DNA of 64,000 nt from Octopus vulgaris (GCA_951406725.2 OX597823.1:96968001-97032000); one strand, 5' to 3'; shown: positions 1 to 12,978, numbered from the stretch's first letter. A program made the numbers and translations. The notes: generated by a model from the sequence alone, not told the origin.

Positions 1-615
1 CTATTTACTCTCCAAAGGTTTATGGAAAAACTGGGGACTGCACCTCCTTATGGTACTTATTAAATCACACTCAAGATTTTAGTTAAGTGTGAAGGTTATG
101 GAATTACAGGCAATCATTGATCATTTAAGTATTAGAATTAGTGTCTTAATGTCTTGACCAACTGTTGCCTCTGAAATATTTATGTATATTCAACTAGCAA
201 TAAAACTCTTTGTATAACATTAATTAGCTATTTCATTGCATATTTACACACACATATGTGCGTGTGTGTGTTTATATATTGAAAAGTATAATGAATAAAC
301 ACTCCAATCGGTGAAAACAACTTTATATCATTCCCAAATTATCAAAAATCGAATATAAATGTATATTAAAAAAATAGGACACCCAATGGTAAGATGCAAC
401 AGTATAAAATATACACATATACACGACTAAAAGGTGATAAAAGCTAAAAGGGTAATACAAGTGAGGTCGAATGAAGGAAAATATATGGAATGCATAATAA
501 AGGCGACTAAAAATTGAAGGCAATGGTGCTAAAATGTTATAAATATATAAAAATACAAGAATATAAATATTTTAAAAAAGTGTAAGGTAACCAGAACAGA
601 GTCCATTCAAGCCCA

Positions 616-705
616 TCTCTACTATTGTTTCAAAGGATGCTGCTTCACATCGTTAATGTACAATCCATTAAGGAAATCCAAAGGCGACACCTTTTCATTA
701 GGAGA
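616..705 (-). ncRNA. Minimal type I hammerhead-like motif (PLE type), core G5A
   Basis: Minus strand reads TCTC CTAATGA AAAGG..(long insert)..CCTTT GAAAC AATA GTA GAGA; stems I and II pair. Confidence 0.6.
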
Positions 706-1349
706 AAACTTACAAATGCTTCACATTTCTGGTTATCTCATTGTTCAATTGCATAAAGCGACCAGACAAGTTCAGTTGAATGAAATTACTTTCCAGTTCA
801 ATGAAGTTATAAAATTCTCCTCTTTTACTCCCTGGCTCTTTGGAGCACGGCATATAGGTTGCAAAAGGAATAAACAGAGCTTCTAGGTCTATCAACCAAG
901 AACATTCCCATACCTTCAAGGAAAATATACATGGAGTCACTTATGCACATCATCATCGTTTAACGTCTGTTTTCCATGCTAGCATGGGTTGGACAGTTCG
1001 ACATGGGTCTGGGAAGCCAGAAGGCTGCACCAGGCTCCAGTCTGATCAGGCAGTTTCTACAGCTGGATTCCCTTCCTAACGCCAACCACTCCGTGAGTGT
1101 AGTGGGTGCTTTTTACGTGCCAAGGGAGGCTGGCAGTGGCCACGATTGGTTGGTGCTTTTTACGTGCCACCGGCACAGAAGCCAGTCAAGGTGGCGCTGG
1201 CATCAGCCACGTTTGGATGGTGCTTTTTACGTGCCACTGGCAAAGGTATCACAACTACAATTTCCATTTGATATTTATTTTGATGTTGACGTACTTGAAT
1301 CAATAGGTCTCCTCAAGCACAGCAGGTCATATGCCACCGGCACAGAACT

Positions 1350-3935
1350 ACCAATTTTATTAATAGACTGCGATGGCATGCTTTCTCTGGACGAAATCAA
1401 CAACGATCATTACCACAATATCTTGTAGTTGGGCTTGTTGGATAGGACCCAACCCTACTCTCCAAAGACTCCTCCCTGTCTTTTGAAGGACCATAAGCCA
1501 GACTTTATGTTGGATCCATCCGTTAGGTTGATCTGCCCAACGAAGTCAGACCTTAGCAGGATAAGTAAATGCATTATTGATCAAATTATTCCATTTGTGA
1601 GGAATAAAGTACAACTTCCATTATGGAATTCAAATGGTGATGTCATCCTTTGGTTCAACTCCCTCATGGTTTAGCAGAAGTTAAGAGTTGTCCAATTTGA
1701 GATCTCTAACTATTATAACTCAATTCCCCCAATTCTGTTGAATAAGGCTCTCATTTTTGCCTATAATTTTGTTGAAATCCCTGACTCAGATTTTGACATT
1801 GTATTTGCAGCAAGGGAGACCCTCATCTCTTTCAATGAACAATACTGGATGAGAAGTGACACTCCCAACCATTCTGATATTACGATGGGGTCTTCAGGTT
1901 CTGCACAGGTGACTGACCTAGTGGGCCTATATCTCCTTTCCGAAATTAAGGCTAATTTTCCCCTTTTGGATGGTGGTCTTTATAGGGATGATGCACTGTT
2001 TACCACATGTGGCCTTTCTAAGATGGCTCTTGAGAGATTGAGGAAGTCTTTGGGGTGACTCTTGAAAAACCAGTTTGGTCTTAGCACTGTATCCAACCCT
2101 AATTCTAGGATACTAAATTTATTGGACGTTACCTTTGATTTGAACACGGGTCTATTTTGCCCTTTTTATAAGCCTGATAAGTCCCTTCAGTATATCAATG
2201 CCTCATCAAACCATCCAAAATCAATGATAGATAGTATTGTCACTGCTATATTGATCAGGATGTCAAATCTATCAGCGAATGAGGAAATTTTTAATAAACA
2301 TGCACCAGAATACAATAATACCCCGGGCCTTAAGTGGGTTTAATGGGAAAATATTTTGAACCCCCAACACAAAGCTTAAAAATAAAATGACTGGTTTAAA
2401 ACCGGACCCAGATGTGTGATTCCATGGAAAACCCTCCGAGTTAATAGCTAATAATCGATATAAGCTGTTCATTAAGAATGGGTTTAGGAGGCCTAATGGA
2501 TTTATCACTAATAATGATATTGACAATAAAGCTGAAGTGAGTAGCTGTAAAAAATCCAGTCAAACTAAAAAGTCTAGAGTACGGAAAGTCATTTGATATG
2601 CTCCCAACTTTTCCCTTAAAGTCAGAAATTTGCCTAGTTTGTTTTTCAAAATTTTAGAGAAAAATTTCCTTGGCTGTGTGGTAAGTAGCTTACTTATGAA
2701 CCACTTGGTTCTGGGTTCAGTCCCACTGCGTGGAACCTTGGACAAGTGTCTTCTACTATAGCCTAGGGCTGACCAAAGCCTTGTGAGTGAATTTGGTAGA
2801 CAGAAACTGAAAGAAGCCTGTCGTATATATATATATGTTTGTGTGTCTGTGTTTGTCCCCACAACATCGCTTGACAACTGATGCTGGTTGTTTATGTCCC
2901 TGTAACTTAGTGGTTCGGCAAAAGAAACCGATAGGATAAGTACTAGGCTTACAAAGAATAAGTCTTGGGGTCGATTTGCTTGACTAAAGGCAGTGCTCCA
3001 GCATGGCTGCAGTCAAATGACTGAAACAAGTAAAAGAGATTTTCAGTCGAGTTTTCATACTTGGTAACACCAAACTTGGGGTTCATTATTGCTTCTTTGA
3101 ATAGAAGTAAAATAAATGGAAGGCATAATTTAGCACCTGTTGCAGGTGTATGTGCCAATAATAGGGTTAATAATCCAGGGGACAATGATGAATTATTGCA
3201 CTCTTCACTGCCTTCAGGTGTTGATGATTAAGCGCTTAGGAATGTTTCTGTAGGAGAAAATGTGGATCCTGTTAGGACCCCAAAATTTAGTTGGAATTTC
3301 AGAACCCCAAATTCATGTCCCCTTTAGGGGTTTTGCTTAAGAAAAAATATATTTTTAGAGGGGAGAATAATTTGTTAAGGGAATATATTGGGAGCACTAT
3401 TGATTTTTAGAAAGGAAATCTAGGGTCCACATGAGCTCATTTTTGAATGCCAAATACTCCAGTTCTACCATGTTGGCATCCTATATTCAAGATTTGAAGA
3501 GGAGGAATAATGAGTTATACTTTTGAATGGTCAGTCTTGTCCAAGCCCCCCACCCACCCACCACCACCACCACCACTTTGATGTTAATTTAAACAGATGT
3601 AGATTATGCCTAAGGGAATCGTACTTGATTCTTAAATGTTTTGAACCAAAACTCCTTCAAATATTTTCAGACTGGTCCTTTTTTGTAACCATAGGTTCTT
3701 CTCAACCTTCTTCAGTAGATACAAGGTAAAATTAAAATGAGATGCTTCAGGGGACCGCCTGAGCTGTGATCTTGAATTGAAACTGAGTAGAACCTGCAGC
3801 AAATTCTTTATCTTTGGAATGGACAATGGACTAATCCTTGCTTGAATCCACTGAATTCTTATTTTAACTTGTCTGCTTTATGCAAATGAACAATGTGATA
3901 ACCAGAAATGAGAAGCTTTTACCAGTGATAAGTAA
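1350..3935 (+). mobile_element. Decayed Naiad-type Penelope-like retroelement (RT + GIY-YIG), interrupted by a SINE
   Basis: LKDHKP..RLICPTKSDLSRISK, ITMGS, LYRDDAL, LDVTFDL, YINASSNHP, SYLVTPNL, CPL*GFCL, YIGST, HMSSF and CRLCLRE appear in the Naiad order, with stops and frameshifts. Confidence 0.85.
2670..3038 (+). mobile_element. tRNA-derived CORE-like SINE (octopus OR-type)
   Basis: A/B-box-like head (ggctgtgtggtaag / ggttcagtccc) and accttgg(a/g)caagtgtcttct core. Other copies at about 12128-12280(-), 14370-14525(+), 39035-39185(-), 40025-40160(-), 51645-51980(+), 62575-62705(-). Confidence 0.8.
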
Positions 3936-4059
3936 GTCTGTTATTATTGTTGGACTTTGTTGTACTTGTTTTGTCGAAGAACTTTGTTGCTGCTGTTTGT
4001 TTGTTTGTTTGTTTGTTTGTTGAGTGAAGCGGTCTTCATCCCAGAGTGGGAGAAGTCTG

Positions 4060-4386
4060 AAATGTGGTCTTTTGCTATTCATAAGACCCGCAGAAGAGAA
4101 AGCAGGTCAACCGCCGACACCGAGAGCATCGACGGATGGATGAATGCGCATCCAGGCTCAGCGGTTGTGTAGGAAGTCGGGGACAAGAAACAGGAAGAAA
4201 GAGTGAGAGAAAGTTGGAGCGGAAGAGTACAACAGGGGTTGCCACTCCCACCCACCCCTGCCAGAGCCTCGTGGAGCTTTAGGTCTTTTCACTCAATAAA
4301 CACACACAACGCCCAGTCTGGGAATCGAACCGTGATCCTCTGACCGCGAGTCCGCTGCCCTAACCACTGGGCCATTGTGCCTCCAC
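4060..4386 (-). mobile_element. tRNA-derived SINE (distinct family)
   Basis: Minus strand has A box TGGCCCAGTGGTTAGGGC and B box GGTTCGATTCCC, then a non-tRNA body and an (AAAC)n tail nearby. Confidence 0.75.
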
Positions 4387-4499
4387 ATTGTTGCTGCTTG
4401 CAGTATTTGTTGTTGATTCCCCCTTGCTTGAAAGGGGAACTATTATTATTTCTGTGGGGTTCCTTTATAACACCCCACCACCAAAAAAAAAATGAATAA

Positions 4500-6790
4500 T
4501 TGCTCCATTATGGAGAAGGAAATTGTGTTTTCTGCTTAAGGAGAAAAAGTTGTTAAGATCTGACAAGGAGTTTAGAAAAGATGTACCTCCTACCAAGGAG
4601 ATGGAAGACAAAAAAGATAAACCACCGAACATGCCAACTGTTTGAAAATGGACAATGAAACTTTGCTGCGGCTGCTGGAGTGGCCAGGAGAGATTTAAAA
4701 ATTGATAACATTGAGATGGAAAAATACAAACTAATGAAAAAAAGAGAGGGGCATCAATTGATAATATCGCCTCCCAGTGAAATTTTTAAAAAAGCAGAGC
4801 TATGTACAATAATATACAAAACAGTTATAAAAAATAAAAAATTAGACATGGCGACCAAAGAGGCTGTTGAAAAATGCCTGTGACCAGTGTGGCAGGACGT
4901 GGCATTCCTTGCAAGAGGGAAAAAGTTCGCCACTACAGAAGTGCAGCTTAACATGGAGGAAAAAGCCAAGCAGCACTCCACCAAGATGTTGAAAGCGTTA
5001 GAGGTGGTACTCCTGCCCACTTATCTGAGAAGATGTACTTCCAAGATAAGGGTGGGAGAGATTCCACTTGAGGTGGATCCTGCCTGGCTTGTGACAGCAA
5101 TAACGGTGGGCATGGAGGAGAAAATCACTATCCTCCAAGCTACAGTACTTGAACAACAAAATTGGCAGGGGCAGGAAATGGTAATTCAAGTGGCCCCTGC
5201 CGACCTAGAAGATATTGTCAACACCATCCAGGTGGGGGACAATAATCTGCATGTAAATGTCGAGGGGAGGAAGCCATGCTGTTATAAATGTGGACAAAAA
5301 GGACATTTTAGGTCCGAGTGTGATCCTCCCCCCGAAAAACAGTGACACCCCCCACCTCCCGTAAAGGCACCAGAATCTCAAAAAGCAACTGCACCCAGAC
5401 CAAGGACAACAACATCAGAGGCACTAAAACCAAGAACCTCCCAGGAGGAAGAGGAAACCATGGAAGACAACTTGAATTGGACTGTAGTAACAAGAAAAAG
5501 GAAGAATCCCCTTCCCACTCCCACAAGGCCCAGCACACCAAAAACGAAATTAACAACACAAAAACAAAATCCCTGCCCCAAGTCCCACCCTGATACAAAC
5601 CTAATGGTAATCAATGCCGCAAATACCATTCTATTAAAAAGAATAAGACATCCCCACAGCCATCCAATATCCAAAGGACACACCAGAAAAAATTAAAATC
5701 TATCAGATTGACAATTTAAATTACCTGAATCTAAAAATTGAATTCCAAATGATGTGGGCCTTCTGAGGAAGGATTTTTCCTCCAAAATTTATGAGGGCCA
5801 CGTCATAGAAACCTCACAAGTTCCGAGATAAATGGAACAACGTAAGGTATCCAAAATTTTTTATTCATGTTTACTCTCAACGTCAAATTGGAAACAAGGG
5901 CGTTTCCTCAATGATCTCAGGTCACATAAATTGGATGTGGTAGAAGTTACAGAAACCTGGCTGAGTGGACCAAGAAGCTTTTCTCCCCTCCTAAATAGCT
6001 ACAAGAAATTTATTTCTCCAGGCCAGCCTGGGGAGAGGGGGGAAGGAGGTCACAGTTTGGCTCAGGAAAAACCTGGGTTTTGAGACAAGAGTAATTTTTA
6101 TTGATCCGGAAGGCAGGCTGGTCATTCTTGATGTGATGTGCAGCAGTGGTAAGACTTTCAGACTGGTGGCTGTTTATGCACCCACCCCACCCCGAGGACT
6201 GGACAATCAGACTATTTTCGAGGCCTAGAGAATTTTCTAGGTACACCACACTTCTTATTGTTGTTAGGGGACTTTAACACGATCTGTGATGCATACATAG
6301 TGTTGGCTCAAACACGGATAGGGATGAAATCTGTGCCCCCTCGATCTGCTTAAGCATTTTCAGCTGGCAGGTCACTATAGACTAGAACACCCGGATGCTC
6401 CAGTGTAGACATGGATTAATAGTGACGGGTCTTCTATATCTTATATAGACAGGCTATTTGTTAGGCATATAAAGATTTAGTTAGGTGTCCACAATTCCAC
6501 TACGCCATTTACAGCAATCACAAGCTTGTGACCTGTAAGTTTGACCCAGGTAGGTTACGTAAGCAAGGTCCTGGCTACTGGGAACTCAACAAGTCTCTTT
6601 TGGGTGATGGCGAATACAGGAGTTGGATTAGGTTGTTAGTAATAAGGGCATTGACTGGTTCCATAAGCAATAACAAATGGTGATATGACCTCATAAGAGC
6701 CATAAAGTTTGAATCCATTAGATATAGTAAAGAGTTAGCCATGAGGAAAAATAGAATAGGAAGGGATTTAGAAGAGGCACTTAGGTCTTG
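4500..6790 (+). mobile_element. Tx1/L1-clade LINE 5' part: ORF1 zinc knuckle + AP endonuclease, truncated
   Basis: ORF1 has CYKCGQKGHFRSEC (CCHC). APE motifs VTETWL, GRLVIL, VYAPT, LGDFN, YIDR, SNH and GPGYWELNKSLL follow, with frameshifts. Confidence 0.88.
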
Positions 6791-7830
6791 CTCTACATTC
6801 TAAGTTTTAGTGGTGAGGATACTAATCGAGAAGAGGAAAGATCCAGAATTATGTGGACCAAACAACAGGAGTGGTTCCTAAACTACAAAAAGAACTATGG
6901 GGAAAAATCCATTATGAAAACAAAACCACCAAAACAAACGAAAAGATACAACAAACCAAGATCACAAACATATTGGACTCGCAGACATCTAAATAAACCC
7001 TACCAAACATAAACCAAAAACCCACTCCATACACTGCCGAACCCCCCAATAAACAGACACACAAAATATGAAATATGACCATCAACCCAAAACAAAGACA
7101 AACACACAGACAGCAAGACAAATACATACAACCAACAACCTATAACACTTGGAGAGAACGAACAGAATATGAACAACCACCAACACATAATGCTGGACAT
7201 CTTAAATGGATACACACACAGAACAATAGACAAGTAGATGGGAATCAACACATAACCTACTATAAACATTGAGGAAGTCCAAACCATATAAACATCAACT
7301 TCATGCGACCCCACAAATTTGCAAGATGGATAGAAAACAACCCCCACTATCAAAACAATACAAACACACATGAACCATTTCACTACCCACAAGGAAACCT
7401 GAACCCCAGGAATGGAAATTGGCCCAACAAACACAGAAGATGGGAAGAAAACAACTACCACAGACAAAACAACACATACAGACCACCACTACCTCTACAA
7501 GAAAACCTAAGACCTGAAAATGGAATTTGGAGATGCAACAACACAACCCTTTTTTTAGGGAAAGGATACTTCAACCATACTCCAGACCCAACACACCAAA
7601 TATTCTGAATGAACACACAAAACACATAGACCCCAAAATAATAAACCTATCTAAAAGAGAACTTAATGAAAATGAAATGAACCTACTACTAAAAGGCCTC
7701 AAATTTACACCCACATCCACTCCAAATCTCATAGAACTAAAAACTGATATAGACAACTTTAGCCGCCTCCGCCTTATGGAATTCTTTGAAAATAAGGAAA
7801 CAAGATAACTCAATCATAAGAAAAAAATCG
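6790..7830 (+). mobile_element. Penelope-like element N-terminal fragment
   Basis: INLSKRELNENEMNLLLKGLKFTPT (about 7640-7715) is the typical PLE pre-RT motif, preceded by N/Q/T-rich low-complexity coding. Confidence 0.75.
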
Positions 7831-8768
7831 TTAGTTTTGTTTTGTTTGTCACTCTTTTTATCTGTAATCACTTTTGGTCTCTGTTTTATCTGTTATCTAC
7901 TCTGCATATATAAACATACTTTGGTTTGTTGTGAAGAATACTTTAGCTTCAAGATATGACTTAATGCACGCATACGACCAGGAAGATGACTACAGCATGT
8001 TTGTGTTACCAAATGTTTGGATTTTGTTGTCCAAAGATATTATTAGCAAAAGCAGACAACATTAACTTTATCCATCAATCTAAACTTTCTGTTTGTTTTT
8101 AGGAAAAGCAATAACAACAAAAGTAACAGGAGCAAAAAAAATCTGATAAAAAATTATTATTTTTCAGTTATTTTCTGTTGGAGTTTTGCCTGTAAATAGC
8201 ACAACTGTCACTTCAACAAACCTGTGTTGCCTTTTCTGGTATGTGTGTAAGAATTTCTGCCTATGTACATAAGCCTGGAAATATAGAAAGCACCATTTGA
8301 ATGTGGTTGTTTCCAGTGCCACCTGACTGGCCCTTGTGCTGGTGGCACGTAAAAAGCACCATTTGAGTGTGGACATTGCCAGTTGCGCCTGACTGGCTCC
8401 TGTGCCAGTGGCACCATTCAAGTGTGGTCAATGCCAGTACCGCCTGACTGGCCCTTGTGCTGGTGGCACGTAAAAAGCACCCACTACACTCTCAGAGTGG
8501 TTGGCATTAGGAAGGGCATCCAGCTGTAGAAACCTTGCCAAATCAAATTGGAGCCTGGTGCAGCCTCCTGGCTTGCCAGCCGTCAGTCAAACCGTCCAAT
8601 CCATGCCAGCATAAAAAGTGGATGTTAAATGATCATGATGATAATGATTTAGGTAATAAATTGTATGGTATACACCTTTACTGGTAAATCACGTTCACTT
8701 TCTTAGTGATCATTGGGTATTTGATTAATGAGAGAGATGGAACATGGAAGATATGAGAATGTTTACTG

Positions 8769-8874
8769 ATCACTACAATTGTTTCGAACCATCTAGCATC
8801 GACCCCTCATGGGTGGGATACTGAACAACCAGTTTAAGAGTATCTATTGGTGTATATGTGTCTCTTCAGGTGAT
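8769..8874 (-). ncRNA. Minimal hammerhead-like motif with intact core and long stem II insert
   Basis: ATCAC CTGAAGA ... GAAAC AATT GTA GTGAT: 5-bp stem I, palindromic stem III (ACAATTGT) and a GUA site. Confidence 0.72.
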
Positions 8875-9037
8875 TACAAGATGTATCTCATTAAAATAAT
8901 GTCTATTCTGCAAGTTTTCTTCTTGTTGTGTGTAAACAAAAGCAACAAATTAAGGGATACAGCTTCATTATTATAGAAGATCAATAAAAATCAGATGCAA
9001 AAAGAAACAAATACACAATACAGCAAAAAAGTATTAA

Positions 9038-9143
9038 ATCACCTGAAGTGACACATCCACACTGATGGACACTTCTGGACCGGTTGTTAAGTATCCCACC
9101 CATGAGGGATCGTTGCTAAATTGGTTGAAATAATTGTAGTGTT
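9038..9143 (+). ncRNA. Inverted partner hammerhead-like motif, decayed
   Basis: ATCAC CTGAAGT ... GAAAT AATT GTA GTGTT; inverted copy of 8769-8874. Confidence 0.6.
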
Positions 9144-9268
9144 CAATAAACATTCTCGTATCTTCCATCTTCTGTTTCTCTCATTAATCAAATATATATA
9201 TACATCATCATCATTTATCATCTGTTTTTCCATGCTGGCATGGGTTGGACAGTTAACACACACATACA

Positions 9269-9760
9269 TGTTACATTGTGTTCTATACACAACATTTACC
9301 CGTTGACATAAATCTGTGTCACGGATGGGGAAGTTAACTAGTGTGCATTGATTGCTCGTTTCTTTGCTAGGTGTCTTCTCTACTTTGGACCCTCTCTGAG
9401 AGGACACCTAGCAAAGAAACGAGCAATCAATGCACACTAGTTAACTGCCCCATCCGTGACACAGATTTATGTCAACGGGTAAATGTTGTGTATAGAATAC
9501 AATGTAACAAATGCAACAAGTTCTATGTGGGTAGCACAACAAGACCATTACACATTTGCATCAAAGAACATCTGCACACGAGAGCCTCCTCCTTCAGAAA
9601 ACATCTGGACTGATGCCGGAACGCCATCAAAAGCATAACGGTCACAATTGAGGCCAATGAAAGAAATTTGGCTATTCTAAGAATTAAGGAAGCTATCCTC
9701 ATAGACAGACTAGGACCCCAAATTGACAACAGGCTGGTAGTTGGCAATCAATATATTATT
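9269..9760 (+). mobile_element. PLE GIY-YIG endonuclease fragment with inverted 5' duplication
   Basis: CQRVNVVYRIQCNKCNKFYVGSTTRPLHICIKEH...LRIKEAILI; arms 9269-9380 and 9398-9509 are inverted copies. Confidence 0.85.
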
Positions 9761-10151
9761 TAGCTACATCTGGATGCATGTAGGTTCATTTCTGATAACA
9801 TGCTCATGTATTATTTATAAAAAAAAACAGGAAACTGCACGTATAATACATAACTTAGAAGCAGCGCTGCAGATGTGCCAACAAACACGAGCTTGAGACA
9901 TGGCCGCCCTCATGCACTTCTCATGAGGAATTCTGGAAGGAGCTTCATGAGACCACTGCAGGGACGCTTCAGGTAAAAAAAATTTCAGTAACCACTGGAA
10001 AACTGATTATAGCAGTGACCTGATCAATTCCTAGCGATATCTGAAGAAAGAATTTTTATATTCCAAAATATTATTGTCTTTTTTTTTTGGAATTACAGAG
10101 ATATACTTGCATAGCGAGTGACTTGATCTGAGATTGTGTGCTGGAACGAAA

Positions 10152-10426
10152 ACAATTGCAGCGTGGAAGGTGTTTATAAGCCATTTAAGAAACACACAAA
10201 AACCGTTAGATTCACTTCAACATTTAAATTTAATTTGTCAAAATATTTTCGTCACTTTGAGACCGCAACCTATTCACAGACAAAGCTTCGTGCTGCATCT
10301 CATGTCAGTGAACAGGTTGCGGTCTCAAAGCAACGAAAATATTTTGACAAATTAAATTTAAATGTTGAAGTGAATCTAACAGTTTTTGTGTGTTTTTTAA
10401 ATAAACACCTTCCATGCTGCAGTTGT
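10152..10426. repeat. Inverted-repeat element carrying two variant hammerhead-like motifs
   Basis: Arms 10152-10282 and 10303-10426 with a 20-nt spacer. Motif reads TGTCA GTGAACA G GTTGC..GCAAC GAA AATATT T TGACA. Confidence 0.7.
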
Positions 10427-11828
10427 ATTATTATATCAGACTATGGATAATTAAATTATAACAGTTATTATAGTCCACTCTGCATTGTTGTGCCATTCAA
10501 GACATGTTATATTTTATAAACAATACACAATGCTTCAAGCAAACTACAATACTCTCATATAAGATTTTGTTGTCAAAGTTTAATCTGCAATAAATTGGTT
10601 CTGCTTCGACAATACACCAAATATTTTAATAATTTTTTTATATAATTTCTAATAATATTTAATTATGAAATTACGGTAGAATTTTTTAAACATCAATTGA
10701 CTATGAGGGTCCTCCTCATTAAAATAGGAATCAAAGGGCTCCAGAGGGGCAAAAATAGTTGAGGGCCACTGATCTATATACTTTCCCTCCTTCCTTCCCC
10801 CCACTCACTGCAAAATAGAGTGAAGAATAACTTGTCACTCAACAAGAGTGTTTACTCCATCTAATTCAGAGATAGAGTGTGAGTGTGAGTGAGACAGAGA
10901 GAGACACAGCCCAGTTTCCAACCCCTTTGCACAAAGACAATACAATGAACCACAGGCATCATCACGTTGTTCATTTACATATCAATACAGTACTTTTCTA
11001 TTTTATTTTTGTATCACCTGTTAATCAGCGAAAGTACTGAAGTAGTTTACCTGAAAATAGGTTTCTAAATAAATTTACATAATACATGCTTAATTTAACA
11101 TACATTATTATATCACATTCTGTTTCAGTACTACTTCACATTCATGACACTAATAATGCCTCCTCCTTCTCCTCTTCCCCTTTCTCCTCTCCCTGTGACT
11201 CATGCCATACAAACATGTTCATCATCATCATCATCATCATTGTTTAGTGTGCATTGTTCGTCTCTGTTAGGGCAATGACCTGGCAGAACTGTTACGACAC
11301 CACGAAAAGTGCATGGTGGCATTTGTTCTGATTTTGTGTTCTGAGTTCAAATACCACAAGGGTTGGTTTTTTTCCCTTTCACTTTTCCTGGGTCAATAAA
11401 ATAATTACCACTTGAGTGCTGGGGGTTGATGTAATCAACTTAACCTCCAAAAGCACCACCAGAATTGCTGGCCTTGTGCCAAAATTTGAAACTATTATTT
11501 GTCATCATCATCATTATCGTCATCATCATTTAACGTCCCTTTTTCCATGCTGGTTCACAGATTTAGAAAAACATTACATCATTGTCATCATCATCATCAT
11601 CATTTAATGTCCACTTTTCCATGCTTGCATGGTTCAGACAGGATTCGTTGAGGCACATTTTTGTATGACCAGATGCTCTTTCTGTCACCAACCGTCACCT
11701 CTTTCCGACCAAGGTCATATTCCTCCATGGCCAGTCACATGTTTCTATGCAGAAGATTGAAAAGGAACAACAGCGCTTGTATGACAGTGATGCTCGTTTA
11801 CAATCATTACAGGATTTTGAAACAAGGG

Positions 11829-12125
11829 CACACACACACACACACACACACGCACACACACACACAACACAAACACACACACACAACACACACACACAAC
11901 ACACACACCCACACACACATAACACACACAACACAAACACACACACACAACACAAACACACACAACACAAACCACACACACACAACACAAACACACACCA
12001 TACAAACACACACACAACACAAACACACACACAACACACACACACACACACAACACAAACACACACACATACGCACACACGGACATGTGCATACATGCAC
12101 AAACATACACATACAGGCATACATA
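11829..12125. repeat. Compound (CA)n/ACACA microsatellite
   Basis: Read directly from the sequence. Confidence 0.95.
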
Positions 12126-12558
12126 TAACAAGCTTCTTTCAGTTTCCATCTACCAAAATGCACTCACAAGTATTTGGTTGACCTGGGGCCATGGTAGAAG
12201 GTAGTTGCCTAACATGTCACTTAGTGGGCTTGAACTCGAGATGGCATGGCTGGAAAGCAAGCATCTTAACCATCACACAAGCACACCGGCACCATTTCTG
12301 GACAGAAAAGAGGAACACAAGACCTGGTGGAATAAAGATTCGAGATAAAGAGAAACAATCCTGGAAGAACCAATAATTGAAAGAATCCATGGGGCATTTA
12401 TTGGGCTCTGATAACCTCTGCATTAGGTCTAGAATTGAGTCGATCTTATAGCCTGGGAGGTTTTAATCCTTCATCATTCAGATAACCCTGCTGAATGGGT
12501 TATGTATTCATTCACGTTGCTTTGGATTAATCTTGCATTCTTTCTATAACTTCAAGAT

Positions 12559-12579
<21 letters not shown>

Positions 12580-12597
<18 letters not shown>

Positions 12598-12836
12598 GTA
12601 ATAGTAATAATAATGAAATTATTGTATACAGTGCTCAGGTGCACCACAACTTGTCAAAAGTGTGTATAAAGCATATGCAATAATGTACAAATGTCTGGGA
12701 AGTGAACAGTGTATGAGTCAGATACATGCTTGCGTGTGTATGGAGGGGAGAAAATCAGGTGAAGTGTTGGCGAATCTCAGGAAGCATGGAAGTTTTGAAG
12801 GATGCAGTGCTCCGACAACTAATAACTGATGCCGGC
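12580..12836 (-). mobile_element. CR1 LINE 3' end
   Basis: Near-identical to 17050-17275, with an (ATT)n tail. Confidence 0.85.
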
Positions 12837-12978
12837 ACACACACACACACAAGGGCACATCATCATTTTGATGATGTGGTTTATTTTACAGTGACATTGT
12901 TGGGCAGGTGTAAGAAGTCATGCCTTATTGGTTTGAATATAAAACAGGAAGAATATTTGGGCCAAATATGGCACTGTC

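Noticed and set aside
1350-3730. In-frame TGA codons as selenocysteine, as reported for some Naiad elements
   Set aside because: The TGAs fall at non-Cys positions (one replaces a conserved Trp), and TAG stops and frameshifts co-occur, which indicates ordinary decay.
4310-4386. tRNA gene
   Set aside because: A and B boxes are present, but the sequence continues into a SINE body with no proper acceptor stem or Pol III terminator. The same applies to the other SINE heads.
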